A DNA stretch of 64,000 bases from Thermodesulfobacteriota bacterium (lineage in GTDB: Bacteria > Desulfobacterota_D > UBA1144 > Nemesobacterales > UBA2774): positions 1,088,001 through 1,152,000 of the forward strand of contig OZ244991.1 in the NCBI GenBank assembly GCA_965223335.1. The letters are read 5' to 3'. Under the pieces are notes generated by a model. The model was not told the DNA's origin. It saw only the letters and a list, made by a program, of their open reading frames with translations, and ran no database searches. Below are positions 52,145 to 62,747 of the stretch, piece after piece; the stretch's first letter is position 1, and the number at the start of each line of letters is the position of its first letter. The position numbers and the translations under genes are program-made.

Positions 52145-55100
52145 TTTTAAGAGGTTTAGAAGTATCACATACAAACTACAGCTCATTTTATTTGTTGTGG
52201 CTATTGCAATGATAACAGGGGCCAGAGCAGAAGAGATTATCAAAAACGATGTAGAGGACGTTAATTTGCTTATCAGTTCACTTTTGGGTGGACAATCCAA
52301 CATACTCGTAATATTAGACAGCTCGGGCTCTATGGGTCTTAACTTTGGTGGAGATCAGGTGGCTAAGTGGGCGCAGCATAGCAATGTAGCATACTGTGAA
52401 TATTTTTGGGGTAATTCATATGACAGAGCGCAGTGCATTGCAAATGCAACTGGAACAAGTCCCTGCGGTAGTATTTCATGTACTTCGAAGGGGGGAGTTT
52501 GCGATAACCAAGAGGACTTTGAAAGTTTTCTCCAGTGTATCGAGAGCCCGACAGACCCAAGAGACGGTGTTTCTCCATGGTATGGAGACCTTGTCGGTAA
52601 TGGTAATGCGAACGATTCTATTGTAGATGATATATATCAAAAAGTAGTTGTTGAAGAGTGTGGTAGTCCCATTAGCGACCCCAACCCCAGGACCTATTGT
52701 GATACAGTTTCAGAATGGCAAAAAGCAGCAGCGGCCTTGGACGCGTATGCCCTCAAGCTTGCACATGATGATGAGCCATCAACCTTTCCGCTTGACTGCG
52801 CATCCCAATATTGTGCCGGTGGGAGCGAAGCATACTGCGATACAACTGAATACAATGATTTCAAAACATGTATGCAATCAAATAGAATTCAGCCGACATC
52901 GACCAGTTGTACAAACGGTGAAGACTGCTCACATGGAGAGTATGGTTCTACAAGAATGGATGGGGCTTTGGCTGCTTTTTTTGATCTCTTAGATGCTGAT
53001 GATTCTTTAGGCGATGTACTATGTGATGACCCGTCTATGATGTTTGATGGCTCAAATAATTCAATAACCTGTTTGGATTACATGTATACACCATTTAGAG
53101 ATGTGCGCCAGATTGTTAAGGGAACCGGAACTTCTTCTAAATTGCCAATTACGGCTAGACAAGACAAACCACTATTAGATGTATTGAATGACGATGATGC
53201 CGACATTTTGGGGTTTAGATTTAGACCTATGACTTATGGTGGTCGAAATAGTGGAGGAGGTTGTAATAGTGCATCTATTCCACAGGGCGGGTTTGCTGGT
53301 TCGAGTAAAGCGGATCTAGATAATGTTTGGAAATTTTTTAGGGATATACAACCCTTTGGTGGTACACCTTTGGCAAATACCTTGGGATTTGATGACAATA
53401 ACAGCCCCAATTCAACAATCGGAAAGGATGCACTCAGTGCATTCAGAGTCGAGTTGCAGACCGATCCTGCAATCTCCTGCAGACCCGAATTCGCCATTGT
53501 TATTACCGACGGTCAAGATACATGCTCTGGTGAATCGCCGACGTACAACACTGGAAGAACAACAGGAAACTCAAACCGCAGGAGCACCATACAAGCCGTA
53601 AGCAATTTAAGGACTTACTACACTAGGAATCCTGTACAAAACAGAGGCTCTACACATAAAAAGGAGATTCTCACTTTTGTGATCGCTCTAGGTATTAAGA
53701 GTGAAGAGGCCATCAGGAATTTGAATGCTATGGCACTTGCTGGTGGTACTCATACGGAGGGAATCATAAACCACATAGGACCTGATGGAGTCCCACTAAC
53801 CAGTGGTGTCGATATAACTCAAAAGCTGCCGGGAACTTCGAACGAAGGTCTTAGGGCGTTGGCAACAGCAGAAGTAAATCTTTCTAATCTTTCAAACGGT
53901 GCTGGCGCAGTGACTCTACAAGGCTGCTTAACTCCTGTTGAAGACTCGGGAATTACTGGACAGGGTCAGGGGGCCCATTGCTCAATCGGTTCTTACGATC
54001 TATTTCACAATTATTTCTTTGAAAATCCGGGGCCGTTGGAATCAACCACGGCAGGTAGCAGTTTTGCTTTCTTTGTAAATACACCCCAAGAGCTCGTTCA
54101 GGCACTAGAGACTATATTTGGCTATGCTACTACATTTAGTACCACCGGTACCGCGCCTACTGCTCCACAATCCTCAACGGCTGTGGCTGCCAGAGACAGG
54201 ATATTCCTATCAATACTAAGACCTCTTACAGATGAGCGTTTTTGGCAGGGCAGACTTGGCCTATATAGCTTTGTACCCGTACCCAATGAGCCCGGTACAA
54301 GGACAATTATCAGAAGGCCAGAGTCAGGTCATAATTTAAATAATGCAAGTACAGTTAGTAGCCTTTCAATATTTGCCGATGATGGGTCTTTAAATACAAA
54401 TGCACAGTACTTCTTTTGGGATGCCGGAAAAGAGCTTGCAGAACGCGATATTGCCGCCGATCCGAGAAGGATATTTACTGTAGACAGGGCTAACGACGTC
54501 GATGAGGAAACCAATGGGAGCCTGGTCGAGAGGATAAGATACGAGGGCGAACGGATGGACTTCTGTCTAGACGGAACAACCGGGTGTACTAATGGGCTTG
54601 ATCTGACTGATTTCGGTATAAGTGATGATGATGTCACAGATCCTATTCCGGTGTTCTGTAGGGGTAATACTCTTTCGGGCGGTGAACCTAATATAGGGGC
54701 TGTTGCGGATTGCTCGGCTGATTGCGCAACTACACCGTTTACCACCGCATGTAACGACTGTGTAAAGGGTTGTATTGCCACAAAAATTGTAGACTTTTTT
54801 AGCGGCAACACTTATATCGAGACGCGTGGTGACCCCTTGGGAATACCGTCAACTGGGACTTGTCCGTCACCGGACGGATTTTTCGGGTGTGATTGCCCCG
54901 ATTTTAATAATGATCCCTTCACAGGCAGTTTTTCACAGTGCTCGGTTAGACTTGGGGACATATTCCATGGTGCACCTGTGCTAGTGGCATCACCCAACCC
55001 GTTATTTTTTGACGTAGGTTTCCAGGCGTTTGGGGCCGGTGTACGAGAAAGATCCGCAGCAGTGTATATAAATGCGAATGACGGAGGGATACACAGCTTT

Positions 55101-56978
55101 CATGCAGGTGAGTTACAAGATGCAAGTCCATCCAATCCGATTAGAAACCCGTTTACTAATCAGGATGAAACGGTGCCGTTTTTTAATCAGGGAAGCGGAA
55201 GAGAGCTGTTTATGTTTATTACTCCCAGCTTCCAGCCCGATTCCATTTCGGATAACGGGCCATTTACACCTGCTGATCCAAGCGGGACCAGTGTTACAGG
55301 GATACCGCCCGACTACAGGTTCGGGGACATGAAGTCGTTTATGACCGAAAATCTGGTACAGCGGTCCTGGTTCGATGGTACTCCGCTCGTAGCAGATGTG
55401 TTTATTGATGGGTACGATAACGGAGTACCAGATACTGCTAACCTATGCCAAAGTGTAGATGCGGATGGTGAGATTGATGTGTGTGGTAGAGAATGGCATA
55501 GCGTACTGTTAACCGGATATAGAAATGGCGGAGGGGCATACACAGCCCTCGATGTTACGAATCCCAAATGCAGTCAGACAGATTGCAATACATTTGACGA
55601 TAACAGTATCCACCTTACTAACGGTTCCGAGTATCCGCGCCACCTGTGGACTTTGTTTGACAAAGATTTCGGCAACAGCTGGTCAGACGTAACTATCGGC
55701 AGAGCACGTATGCAGACCGAGATTGGCGGTAGTACTATTTTTGCTGATAGATGGCTAATGTTTGTTGGCGGAGGGTTAGACCCAATAGATACAGACCCGC
55801 TGAACGGTGTCCAGTTCGGCAATGCATTCTATGCTGTAGATATTACCACGGGGCAGATCGTGTTTAAGTTCCACCCCAATGACCCTATACCTACAAACTT
55901 CCCCGATCCTGATAACAATACGGATCATATGACTTGTGATATGGCCGCTAAAGTGGGCGCTTTCGATCTAAACAATGACGGTTATATAGATGTTGTATAT
56001 GCAGGTGACACATGCGGGCGCCTTTGGGAGTTTGATGTGTCCATGCCTATAATCGATACAGATTCCAATGTAGCGAATACAGGCGGGCCCCCGGCAGATC
56101 AGTCGGGATTAGACCCGGACATAGAAGCTAGTGACTGGACGGGGCATATAGCATTTTGTGCAGTTGATGATATTACTGACTGTAATAACCCGGCTAATAT
56201 TGCTACGGACGAGAGGGAGCCTATATTCTATGCACCTACTGTTATTCTGGACGATTTGGGCCGCAGGCATGTGATCGTAGGTACTGGTAGCAGAAGAAAC
56301 CCGACTAGCCTAGAACAGTTTGGAAGGCTTTATAATTTCGTCGATCCATTCATTCCTGCTTTCTTAGCCGGGGGTGGTGCAGTAGGAGCGACTACTAAGC
56401 TAAGGAGTGATTTTGATTCCGGGTCGGGACAGGTGCTTGACCTTGTGCCTACAGGAAACGGCGACAATTTCTTTGAAATACAGGGGACCGATCCCCAAAA
56501 TAACCAGGGTGAGTTTATGGTGAACTTTCCCAATAATATCGGTACAAGTGGAGGTACTACGACCAGTAGCCCGCAAGGTGAGAAGGCTGTTGGAACCCCG
56601 GTTGTAGTAAATAGAGTTCTTATCTTCACGACATTCGCACCGCCTAATGATAATAATGCGGGTAACGCGTGCTTAGCGGGTTTGGGAGAAGGGCGCATAT
56701 TTGCACTGGACTATCTCTCAGGTCTGCCGGCTCTAAATAGAGTGCCGGGGGCAAGCGGCTTGCTTGGCACTCAGACGAATCCCGATGATATATCCGGGCT
56801 CACAGCCGCAGAAGGCATGCCAGCCCCTGCTCAGCTGACATACGGCACCAGGGGATCTGTGCTCTTGACTGTAGCGTTCTCAGGGGGTCCAAGTGTAGGT
56901 GGAGCTACATTTTTTGTTTGGGAGCTCCCACCGTTCCCGTCTAGAACACAGACCTTGTACTGGGAAGAGATATTGTAA
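52134..56978 (+). CDS. pilY1: PilY1/PilC-family pilus tip adhesin (copy 2; intact vWA MIDAS)
   Basis: ILDSSGSM, GGTPLA and VITDGQD vWA motifs; same propeller motifs as copy 1, including DLNNDGYID.VYAGD. Confidence 0.9.
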   Translation: MFTSFKRFRSITYKLQLILFVVAIAMITGARAEEIIKNDVEDVNLLISSLLGGQSNILVILDSSGSMGLNFGGDQVAKWAQHSNVAYCEYFWGNSYDRAQCIANATGTSPCGSISCTSKGGVCDNQEDFESFLQCIESPTDPRDGVSPWYGDLVGNGNANDSIVDDIYQKVVVEECGSPISDPNPRTYCDTVSEWQKAAAALDAYALKLAHDDEPSTFPLDCASQYCAGGSEAYCDTTEYNDFKTCMQSNRIQPTSTSCTNGEDCSHGEYGSTRMDGALAAFFDLLDADDSLGDVLCDDPSMMFDGSNNSITCLDYMYTPFRDVRQIVKGTGTSSKLPITARQDKPLLDVLNDDDADILGFRFRPMTYGGRNSGGGCNSASIPQGGFAGSSKADLDNVWKFFRDIQPFGGTPLANTLGFDDNNSPNSTIGKDALSAFRVELQTDPAISCRPEFAIVITDGQDTCSGESPTYNTGRTTGNSNRRSTIQAVSNLRTYYTRNPVQNRGSTHKKEILTFVIALGIKSEEAIRNLNAMALAGGTHTEGIINHIGPDGVPLTSGVDITQKLPGTSNEGLRALATAEVNLSNLSNGAGAVTLQGCLTPVEDSGITGQGQGAHCSIGSYDLFHNYFFENPGPLESTTAGSSFAFFVNTPQELVQALETIFGYATTFSTTGTAPTAPQSSTAVAARDRIFLSILRPLTDERFWQGRLGLYSFVPVPNEPGTRTIIRRPESGHNLNNASTVSSLSIFADDGSLNTNAQYFFWDAGKELAERDIAADPRRIFTVDRANDVDEETNGSLVERIRYEGERMDFCLDGTTGCTNGLDLTDFGISDDDVTDPIPVFCRGNTLSGGEPNIGAVADCSADCATTPFTTACNDCVKGCIATKIVDFFSGNTYIETRGDPLGIPSTGTCPSPDGFFGCDCPDFNNDPFTGSFSQCSVRLGDIFHGAPVLVASPNPLFFDVGFQAFGAGVRERSAAVYINANDGGIHSFHAGELQDASPSNPIRNPFTNQDETVPFFNQGSGRELFMFITPSFQPDSISDNGPFTPADPSGTSVTGIPPDYRFGDMKSFMTENLVQRSWFDGTPLVADVFIDGYDNGVPDTANLCQSVDADGEIDVCGREWHSVLLTGYRNGGGAYTALDVTNPKCSQTDCNTFDDNSIHLTNGSEYPRHLWTLFDKDFGNSWSDVTIGRARMQTEIGGSTIFADRWLMFVGGGLDPIDTDPLNGVQFGNAFYAVDITTGQIVFKFHPNDPIPTNFPDPDNNTDHMTCDMAAKVGAFDLNNDGYIDVVYAGDTCGRLWEFDVSMPIIDTDSNVANTGGPPADQSGLDPDIEASDWTGHIAFCAVDDITDCNNPANIATDEREPIFYAPTVILDDLGRRHVIVGTGSRRNPTSLEQFGRLYNFVDPFIPAFLAGGGAVGATTKLRSDFDSGSGQVLDLVPTGNGDNFFEIQGTDPQNNQGEFMVNFPNNIGTSGGTTTSSPQGEKAVGTPVVVNRVLIFTTFAPPNDNNAGNACLAGLGEGRIFALDYLSGLPALNRVPGASGLLGTQTNPDDISGLTAAEGMPAPAQLTYGTRGSVLLTVAFSGGPSVGGATFFVWELPPFPSRTQTLYWEEIL

Positions 56979-56995
56979 TGAGGGGAGGCAAAGCG

Positions 56996-57559
56996 ATGAA
57001 GTTTCTTAAAAACAACAAGGGCTACAATATTATAGAGGTACTTATAGTTGCGTCTGTAATGTCTATACTCATTGTAGTTGGGGCGTCCAACTTCTCAAGC
57101 AAATTTGGATCACGACGCTCGGTGGACGATGTTGCACACAAAATTACCTCTACACTTCAGTTCATCAAACTAAAGGCGGGCAGGGAAGGTGTAGAGTACC
57201 AGGCTAACATCGCATTCGATGATACCGATGTTACCGATCAATTTGTAACAATTACAACCAGCAAGGGCGACAGCAATATAAACTCTGCTAATTTTAACCA
57301 AGAGGAGGTGATTCGGATAGAGGTCATACCCGAATTGATTGTTGACCCTGCTAATTATGACATAACGTATCGTCCCAACGGTACTATAGATGCTGCGGGG
57401 ATTGGGGACATAGCTATCTACCCACTAGCAGGCTCATCGATAAAGAAATGCGGGGGGATATCTGTGAACAGGTTCGGCAGGCTTAACGTTGTGAACGGCA
57501 ACTGGGATTATGTTAATAGTGTGTGTGATAGGATTGGGGACCAGCAGGCTGCCCCGTAA
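56996..57559 (+). CDS. FimT/FimU (GspH)-like minor pilin (copy 2)
   Basis: KG|YNIIEVLIV; paralog of 48615-49172 with a diverged C-terminal half. Confidence 0.75.
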   Translation: MKFLKNNKGYNIIEVLIVASVMSILIVVGASNFSSKFGSRRSVDDVAHKITSTLQFIKLKAGREGVEYQANIAFDDTDVTDQFVTITTSKGDSNINSANFNQEEVIRIEVIPELIVDPANYDITYRPNGTIDAAGIGDIAIYPLAGSSIKKCGGISVNRFGRLNVVNGNWDYVNSVCDRIGDQQAAP

Positions 57560-57680
57560 TTGTTAAAACAGGCTAATTTCTCTGTTAATCGATTTGTATA
57601 ACTCCTACTAAAAGATGTAAAATCATCTCATCTAAAGCTGTTCTATATTTATAAAGTAGAACACACCTTCCGGCTATTTA

Positions 57681-58508
57681 ATGAGATCCTTACGCGTACT
57701 AATCACTCTAAGCAGGCCGCTTGGGTGGCTTCTAGCCCCTCTTGTTTATTTAATCGGGCTATTCTATTCGGGCGCAACACTTAGCGGGGTATCGATTTTA
57801 CAAATCATGCTTTTATCGTTCCCGTTCTGCATAGTTCTATTTGGTATAAACGATATCTATGATTACGGCTCCGATAAATTAAACCCCCGCAAGAACCCGC
57901 TCGATCTCACAGATAAAGACTTCCACGTAATAAAATCATCTGCGGTTGTTGTTATACTCGGCTTATTGTTGTCTGCGGTACTTACCAAGAGCGTATTTAA
58001 CATTGCCATTATGGTATTACTTATTTTTTTCTCTTATTTTTACTCAGCGCCACCACTTAGGTTCAAAGAACGCCCCCCGCTAGACAGTGTCTCAAACGGG
58101 CTTATTTTTCTTTTGGTTTTTGCACTGGGCTACAGCCTTGGAAAACCGGTCTACGACATACCTCTCAAAATCTATCTGGTCGGGCTCTGCGTGTCGGGGA
58201 TTCATGCCTACAGCACTGTTATGGATTACGACACCGATAACGCAGTCGGCCACAAAACATTTTCTACCGTATACGGGAAAAGGACAGCGTGCCTCTATGC
58301 GCTATTGTGTTTTCTAAGCGCTCTTTTCTTTGCGAAAATTGGTAGGGACTCAATCAACTATTATTTTGCTTTTTGCTCAATAATTTTTGTTGTTGCTTTC
58401 ATACACCCCACGCGCCGTGTCGCTTATTTTTTATTCCGCTTAATTTTCGCAGGCTTTATGGTGACGGCACTTGTCTTTGTTTACCCCTATCTGAGGGCTT
58501 TAGCCTAA
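57681..58508 (+). CDS. UbiA-superfamily prenyltransferase, lycopene elongase (CrtEb/LyeJ)-like
   Basis: SRP..W, GIND.YDY..D..NPRK, YSAPPLRFKERP.LDS, D...D...G..T motifs. Confidence 0.75.
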   Translation: MRSLRVLITLSRPLGWLLAPLVYLIGLFYSGATLSGVSILQIMLLSFPFCIVLFGINDIYDYGSDKLNPRKNPLDLTDKDFHVIKSSAVVVILGLLLSAVLTKSVFNIAIMVLLIFFSYFYSAPPLRFKERPPLDSVSNGLIFLLVFALGYSLGKPVYDIPLKIYLVGLCVSGIHAYSTVMDYDTDNAVGHKTFSTVYGKRTACLYALLCFLSALFFAKIGRDSINYYFAFCSIIFVVAFIHPTRRVAYFLFRLIFAGFMVTALVFVYPYLRALA

Positions 58509-58619
58509 AAGAGCATTTTATCGTTAAGCCCGATCACTATCCCAGCTGTAACTTAAAATTGACATGAAAATGTATAGAATAGATAATTAGTGGACTATGA
58601 ATTTTATCGGGAGGTTTAA

Positions 58620-60323
58620 GTGAAATCCAAGAAACAAGCAAACGGTAAAGCCACGGAGGCTAGACGGTTTTCTTCGGTATTTGTAGAGGGTGCAGACCGC
58701 GCACCCAGCCGCGCAATGCTACGAGCAGTGGGCTTTAAAGACAGGGACTTTAAGAAGCCTGTGGTTGGGGTGGCATCCACTTGGAGCATGGTGACTCCCT
58801 GCAATATGCACATTGACCAGCTCGCAAAACAGGCTGCAAAAGGTGTTGATAAAGCAGGGGGTAAATCGATCGTATTCAACACCATTACCGTGTCTGACGG
58901 GATCTCGATGGGCACACCTGGCATGCGATATTCGTTAGTATCCAGAGAGGTCATTGCCGACTCTATCGAGACTGTTACGGCGGGGGAGGGGTTTGACGGC
59001 CTAGTGACCATAGGGGGCTGCGATAAAAATATGCCTGGCTGTTTAATAGCGATGTCACGTTTAAACCGTCCCTCGGTGTTTGTGTACGGGGGCACTATCC
59101 TCCCGGGCATCTACAAAGGTAAGCCGGTAGATGTGGTGTCGGTATTCGAGGCGGTAGGTGCACATGCCAACAAAGATATATCGGATCGCGAGCTAAAGGG
59201 TATTGAGTCCTGTGCGATTCCGGGTCCGGGATCCTGCGGGGGTATGTACACGGCCAACACCATGGCTTCTGCAATTGAGGCTCTGGGTATGAGCCTGCCC
59301 AATAGCTCGGCCCAGGCAGCAGTGTCGCGCGACAAACTAAATGATTGTCTTGAGGCCGGGGCTGCAGTGCTTAACCTAATCAACAAAGACATCCGACCAA
59401 GTGATATTATGACTAAGAAGGCGTTCGAAAACGCCATTACTGTAGTGATTGCACTGGGCGGGTCTACCAATGCGGTGCTCCACCTGCTGGCCATGGCACA
59501 TGCAATGAACGTAAATTTAAAGATAGATGACTTTAACCGTATAGGTAAAAAGGTGCCTGTGCTTGCGGACCTAAAACCGAGCGGCACCCACATGATGGTG
59601 GATTTCTGTAAAATCGGCGGCATAAAGCCGCTCATGAAAATGCTGCTCAATAAGGGGCTACTTCACGGAGACTGTATGACCGTTACGGGTAAAACTGTTA
59701 AACAAAATCTAAGGGGCACAAAAAGCTATCCTAGATCCCAACGTATCATTTCATCGTTTCGAGACCCCATAAAAAAAGACAGTCACATAGTGGTGCTAAG
59801 GGGCAATATCGCACCTGAGGGGGCGGTTGCGAAAATAACCGGGCACGAGGGCCACACCTTTACAGGTAAAGCAATCGTGTTTGATTCCGAAGAGGCGTCG
59901 CTTAAGGCAATATTGGGTGGCAGGGTAAAAAAAGGACACGTAATTGTGGTTAGATACGAAGGTCCACGGGGCGGGCCTGGTATGCGTGAGATGCTCGGGC
60001 CCACATCGGCAGTCATGGGCAAGGGTTTGGGCACGGACGTTGCACTCATTACCGACGGCAGGTTCTCGGGCGGGACCCATGGGTTTGTTGTGGGCCATAT
60101 AACCCCCGAGGCATCTGACGGAGGGGTGATTGCAGTTATTAAAAACGGTGACGAGATCACTATAGACTCAAAGAAAAAAGAGATCAATTTAAAACTCTCT
60201 AAAGCCGAGATTGCTAGGCGGCTTGCCAAGTGGAAAACCCCAAAGCCCAAAGAGAAAAAGGGTGTGCTGGCCAAATATGCAAAGCTTGTGTCCTCGGCAT
60301 CCGAGGGTGCAGTCACCGACTAG
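58620..60323 (+). CDS. ilvD: Dihydroxy-acid dehydratase
   Basis: [56 protein letters not shown]. Confidence 0.97.
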   Translation: MKSKKQANGKATEARRFSSVFVEGADRAPSRAMLRAVGFKDRDFKKPVVGVASTWSMVTPCNMHIDQLAKQAAKGVDKAGGKSIVFNTITVSDGISMGTPGMRYSLVSREVIADSIETVTAGEGFDGLVTIGGCDKNMPGCLIAMSRLNRPSVFVYGGTILPGIYKGKPVDVVSVFEAVGAHANKDISDRELKGIESCAIPGPGSCGGMYTANTMASAIEALGMSLPNSSAQAAVSRDKLNDCLEAGAAVLNLINKDIRPSDIMTKKAFENAITVVIALGGSTNAVLHLLAMAHAMNVNLKIDDFNRIGKKVPVLADLKPSGTHMMVDFCKIGGIKPLMKMLLNKGLLHGDCMTVTGKTVKQNLRGTKSYPRSQRIISSFRDPIKKDSHIVVLRGNIAPEGAVAKITGHEGHTFTGKAIVFDSEEASLKAILGGRVKKGHVIVVRYEGPRGGPGMREMLGPTSAVMGKGLGTDVALITDGRFSGGTHGFVVGHITPEASDGGVIAVIKNGDEITIDSKKKEINLKLSKAEIARRLAKWKTPKPKEKKGVLAKYAKLVSSASEGAVTD

Positions 60324-60458
60324 GGTCTACACTCACTACTCTGCCCCGGATACTGCACTCGGAGATGGTCTCAGACCATGGGTATATTGAGTAATCTGTT
60401 TTTAAGCCGTAATATTACTCAATACATATTGATGGGGTAAAAGTTGAGAGATCGAGTG

Positions 60459-61451
60459 ATGGGTAACTATATATTCTCTGTTTATAGTATTGTGTGCACT
60501 ATTATTAAGTCCCTGGTATTGGTTGTAGTCATTACGTTTCCGATCCAAGCCAAGGGGAGTCCCCCGCTCCTTAGCACCGAGATAATTGGGCACCGGCAGG
60601 TCTACACAGTTAAACCCGGCGATACTCTGTCCAAGATATCCAAGCGCAACAATGTGCCGACCAACAAGATTCTAAAAATGGGCCCGAACTCAAACCGTAA
60701 CCACCTGGTTGTGGGCCAAAAGCTCGTTATATCAGAACGTAAAATACTTCCCAAGGCTATTGAAGACGGCATCATTATTAACCTCCCCGAGTATAGCCTG
60801 TATCAGTTCCAAAACGGGGTCTTGAAAAATGTTTACCCGATTGCGATAGGCAAACGCAGTTGGCACACCCCCACAGGGATTTTCCACATCTCGCAAAAGG
60901 CAAGAAACCCGTCTTGGCAGGTCCCCCCCGGTATGATACGGAGGCTTAAGATGGCGCGCAAGGTTGTACCGCCCGGGCCGCGTAACCCTCTGGGGGAGGT
61001 ATGGATAGGTCTCGATCTGCCGCATATCGGTATTCATTCTACTAACAAACCATCGACCGTGGGTAAAGCCAGGAGTCACGGATGTATGCGGATGTACCCT
61101 AAAGATGCAAAATCTCTGTTCAACACTATTGAGGTCGGGGACCAGGGAGAGATAATTTACGAGCCGCTTAAGTTTGCAATTGAGGGTGGCGTAGTCTATA
61201 TCGAAGTGCATAGAGATGTGTATGGCAAGATACCGAATATGTACGAGGAGGCTCTTAGAAGGCTTGGTGACTGGGGACTTGGGCACAGAGTGGATCTGGA
61301 TAAAGTAGCCCAGGCTATTAGGAACGCCAATGGGGCTCCGGTAGCAATTAGCGGAGAAAATATTAGCATCACAGGATATCTCAAACAGGTTGAGCCGGCA
61401 ACTCATATTGATAATGACAGCACGATGTTGTGGAAGGGTAACGCTTTTTAA
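60459..61451 (+). CDS. LysM-domain L,D-transpeptidase (ErfK/YcfS/YnhG family)
   Basis: Y.VKPGDTL LysM, INLPE, YPIAIG, PPGPRNPLG, IGIHST...SHGCMRM. Confidence 0.92.
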   Translation: MGNYIFSVYSIVCTIIKSLVLVVVITFPIQAKGSPPLLSTEIIGHRQVYTVKPGDTLSKISKRNNVPTNKILKMGPNSNRNHLVVGQKLVISERKILPKAIEDGIIINLPEYSLYQFQNGVLKNVYPIAIGKRSWHTPTGIFHISQKARNPSWQVPPGMIRRLKMARKVVPPGPRNPLGEVWIGLDLPHIGIHSTNKPSTVGKARSHGCMRMYPKDAKSLFNTIEVGDQGEIIYEPLKFAIEGGVVYIEVHRDVYGKIPNMYEEALRRLGDWGLGHRVDLDKVAQAIRNANGAPVAISGENISITGYLKQVEPATHIDNDSTMLWKGNAF

Positions 61452-61523
61452 AGATAGGGTATGTTGTTGCTCTATTAGCTCTTATCCCCTATAATTACTA
61501 TATATTTAAGTTAGAGATTAGAT

Positions 61524-62747
61524 ATGTCTAGGATTGAAGGAAAGAACATATTACTGGGCGTAGCAGGCGGGATAGCCGCCTACAAATCCTGTGAGTTGCT
61601 ACGAACAATTACAAAGGAAGGCGGGAATGTAAACGTAGTTATGACTAAAGGAGCAACTAAGTTTGTGTCTGCTCTTACATTTCAAACTCTTTCCGGTAAC
61701 AGGGTATCAACCGAACTATTCGATGAACTGAGAGAGAGCGAGATAAGCCATATAGCTCTTGCCGACAGTGCCGACATCATTGTCGTTGCTCCCGCTACTG
61801 CAAATATAATAGCAGGCATAGCAGGGGGGTTCGCCGATAATCTGTTAACAACCGTAATCATGGCATCTCAGTGTCCCGTATTAATATGTCCGTCTATGAA
61901 TGTCAACATGTATGAGAACCCTGCGGTGCAGCACAACCTAGACATACTCAAGCAAAGGGGTTATTCGGTTCTTGAACCCGATGAAGGCTACTTGGCATGT
62001 GGCTGGGAAGGTAAGGGCCGACTGCCCGATGTTTCTGTAATCTTACATGCTATAGAATCTTTGCTTGCAGAGAACGATTTGCAGGGCGAGAAAATGATAG
62101 TCACTGCTGGTGCTACAAGGGAGTATATCGACCCCGTTCGATTCATCTCTAATCCCTCCACAGGCAAAATGGGCTATGCGCTTGCCTCCGAGGGGTCTAG
62201 GAGGGGTGCCGATGTGTTACTTATCTCAGGCAAGTCCAGTCTCGCACCACCCCCAGGAGTACGTACGGTTAATGTGGTTAGCGCTGCCGAGATGCATAAG
62301 GCTGTTATTGATAACATAGGGTGGTCTTCGATTGTGATCAAAGCGGCTGCTGTAGGAGATTATAGACCGTCCCGGGTATCTAGCGGGAAAATAAAAAAAG
62401 AAAACGGTAAATTGACAATTAACCTAGAGCGTACGACCGATATACTGTCCGAGATATCTGAGCACAATCAGGATGTGTTTGTTGTGGGGTTTGCTGCAGA
62501 GACCGAGAACCTGGTTGAAAATGCGAAAAAAAAGCTAATTGATAAAAAAGCAGATATGATAGTTGCGAATGATGTATCAATGAAAGGTGCCGGTTTTGAA
62601 GTCGATACAAATATTGTTTATATAGTATCTGAGAGTGGTGTAATGGAAGTACCGATTCAGACTAAAAAAAGATTGGCGAAATTAATTTGCGACGAGGTAG
62701 TTAAACTCAAACACCCTTCTGATTATCCTTCCCCCCGCCCTCATTAA
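61524..62747 (+). CDS. coaBC: Bifunctional phosphopantothenoylcysteine decarboxylase/synthetase
   Basis: GGIAAYKS, APATAN, P.MN..MY, LACG..G.GR, TAG.TRE.IDPVRFISN.S.GKMG, GFAAET. Confidence 0.97.
   Translation: MSRIEGKNILLGVAGGIAAYKSCELLRTITKEGGNVNVVMTKGATKFVSALTFQTLSGNRVSTELFDELRESEISHIALADSADIIVVAPATANIIAGIAGGFADNLLTTVIMASQCPVLICPSMNVNMYENPAVQHNLDILKQRGYSVLEPDEGYLACGWEGKGRLPDVSVILHAIESLLAENDLQGEKMIVTAGATREYIDPVRFISNPSTGKMGYALASEGSRRGADVLLISGKSSLAPPPGVRTVNVVSAAEMHKAVIDNIGWSSIVIKAAAVGDYRPSRVSSGKIKKENGKLTINLERTTDILSEISEHNQDVFVVGFAAETENLVENAKKKLIDKKADMIVANDVSMKGAGFEVDTNIVYIVSESGVMEVPIQTKKRLAKLICDEVVKLKHPSDYPSPRPH

Larger units (their letters stand above)
49484..52153 (+). repeat. 2,670-bp direct repeat, copy 2 (pilV-pilW-pilX)
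   Basis: Matches 41013-43682. Confidence 0.95.

Noticed and set aside
41013..52153. Diversity-generating retroelement or shufflon explanation for the pil repeats
   Set aside because: No reverse transcriptase or site-specific recombinase in the window; repeats are long and direct, and substitutions are not adenine-specific
54825..54833. RGD tripeptide in PilY1-2 (RND in copy 1) as an integrin-binding site
   Set aside because: A single tripeptide in a 1,600-aa protein can arise by chance; no evidence of surface exposure or an animal host
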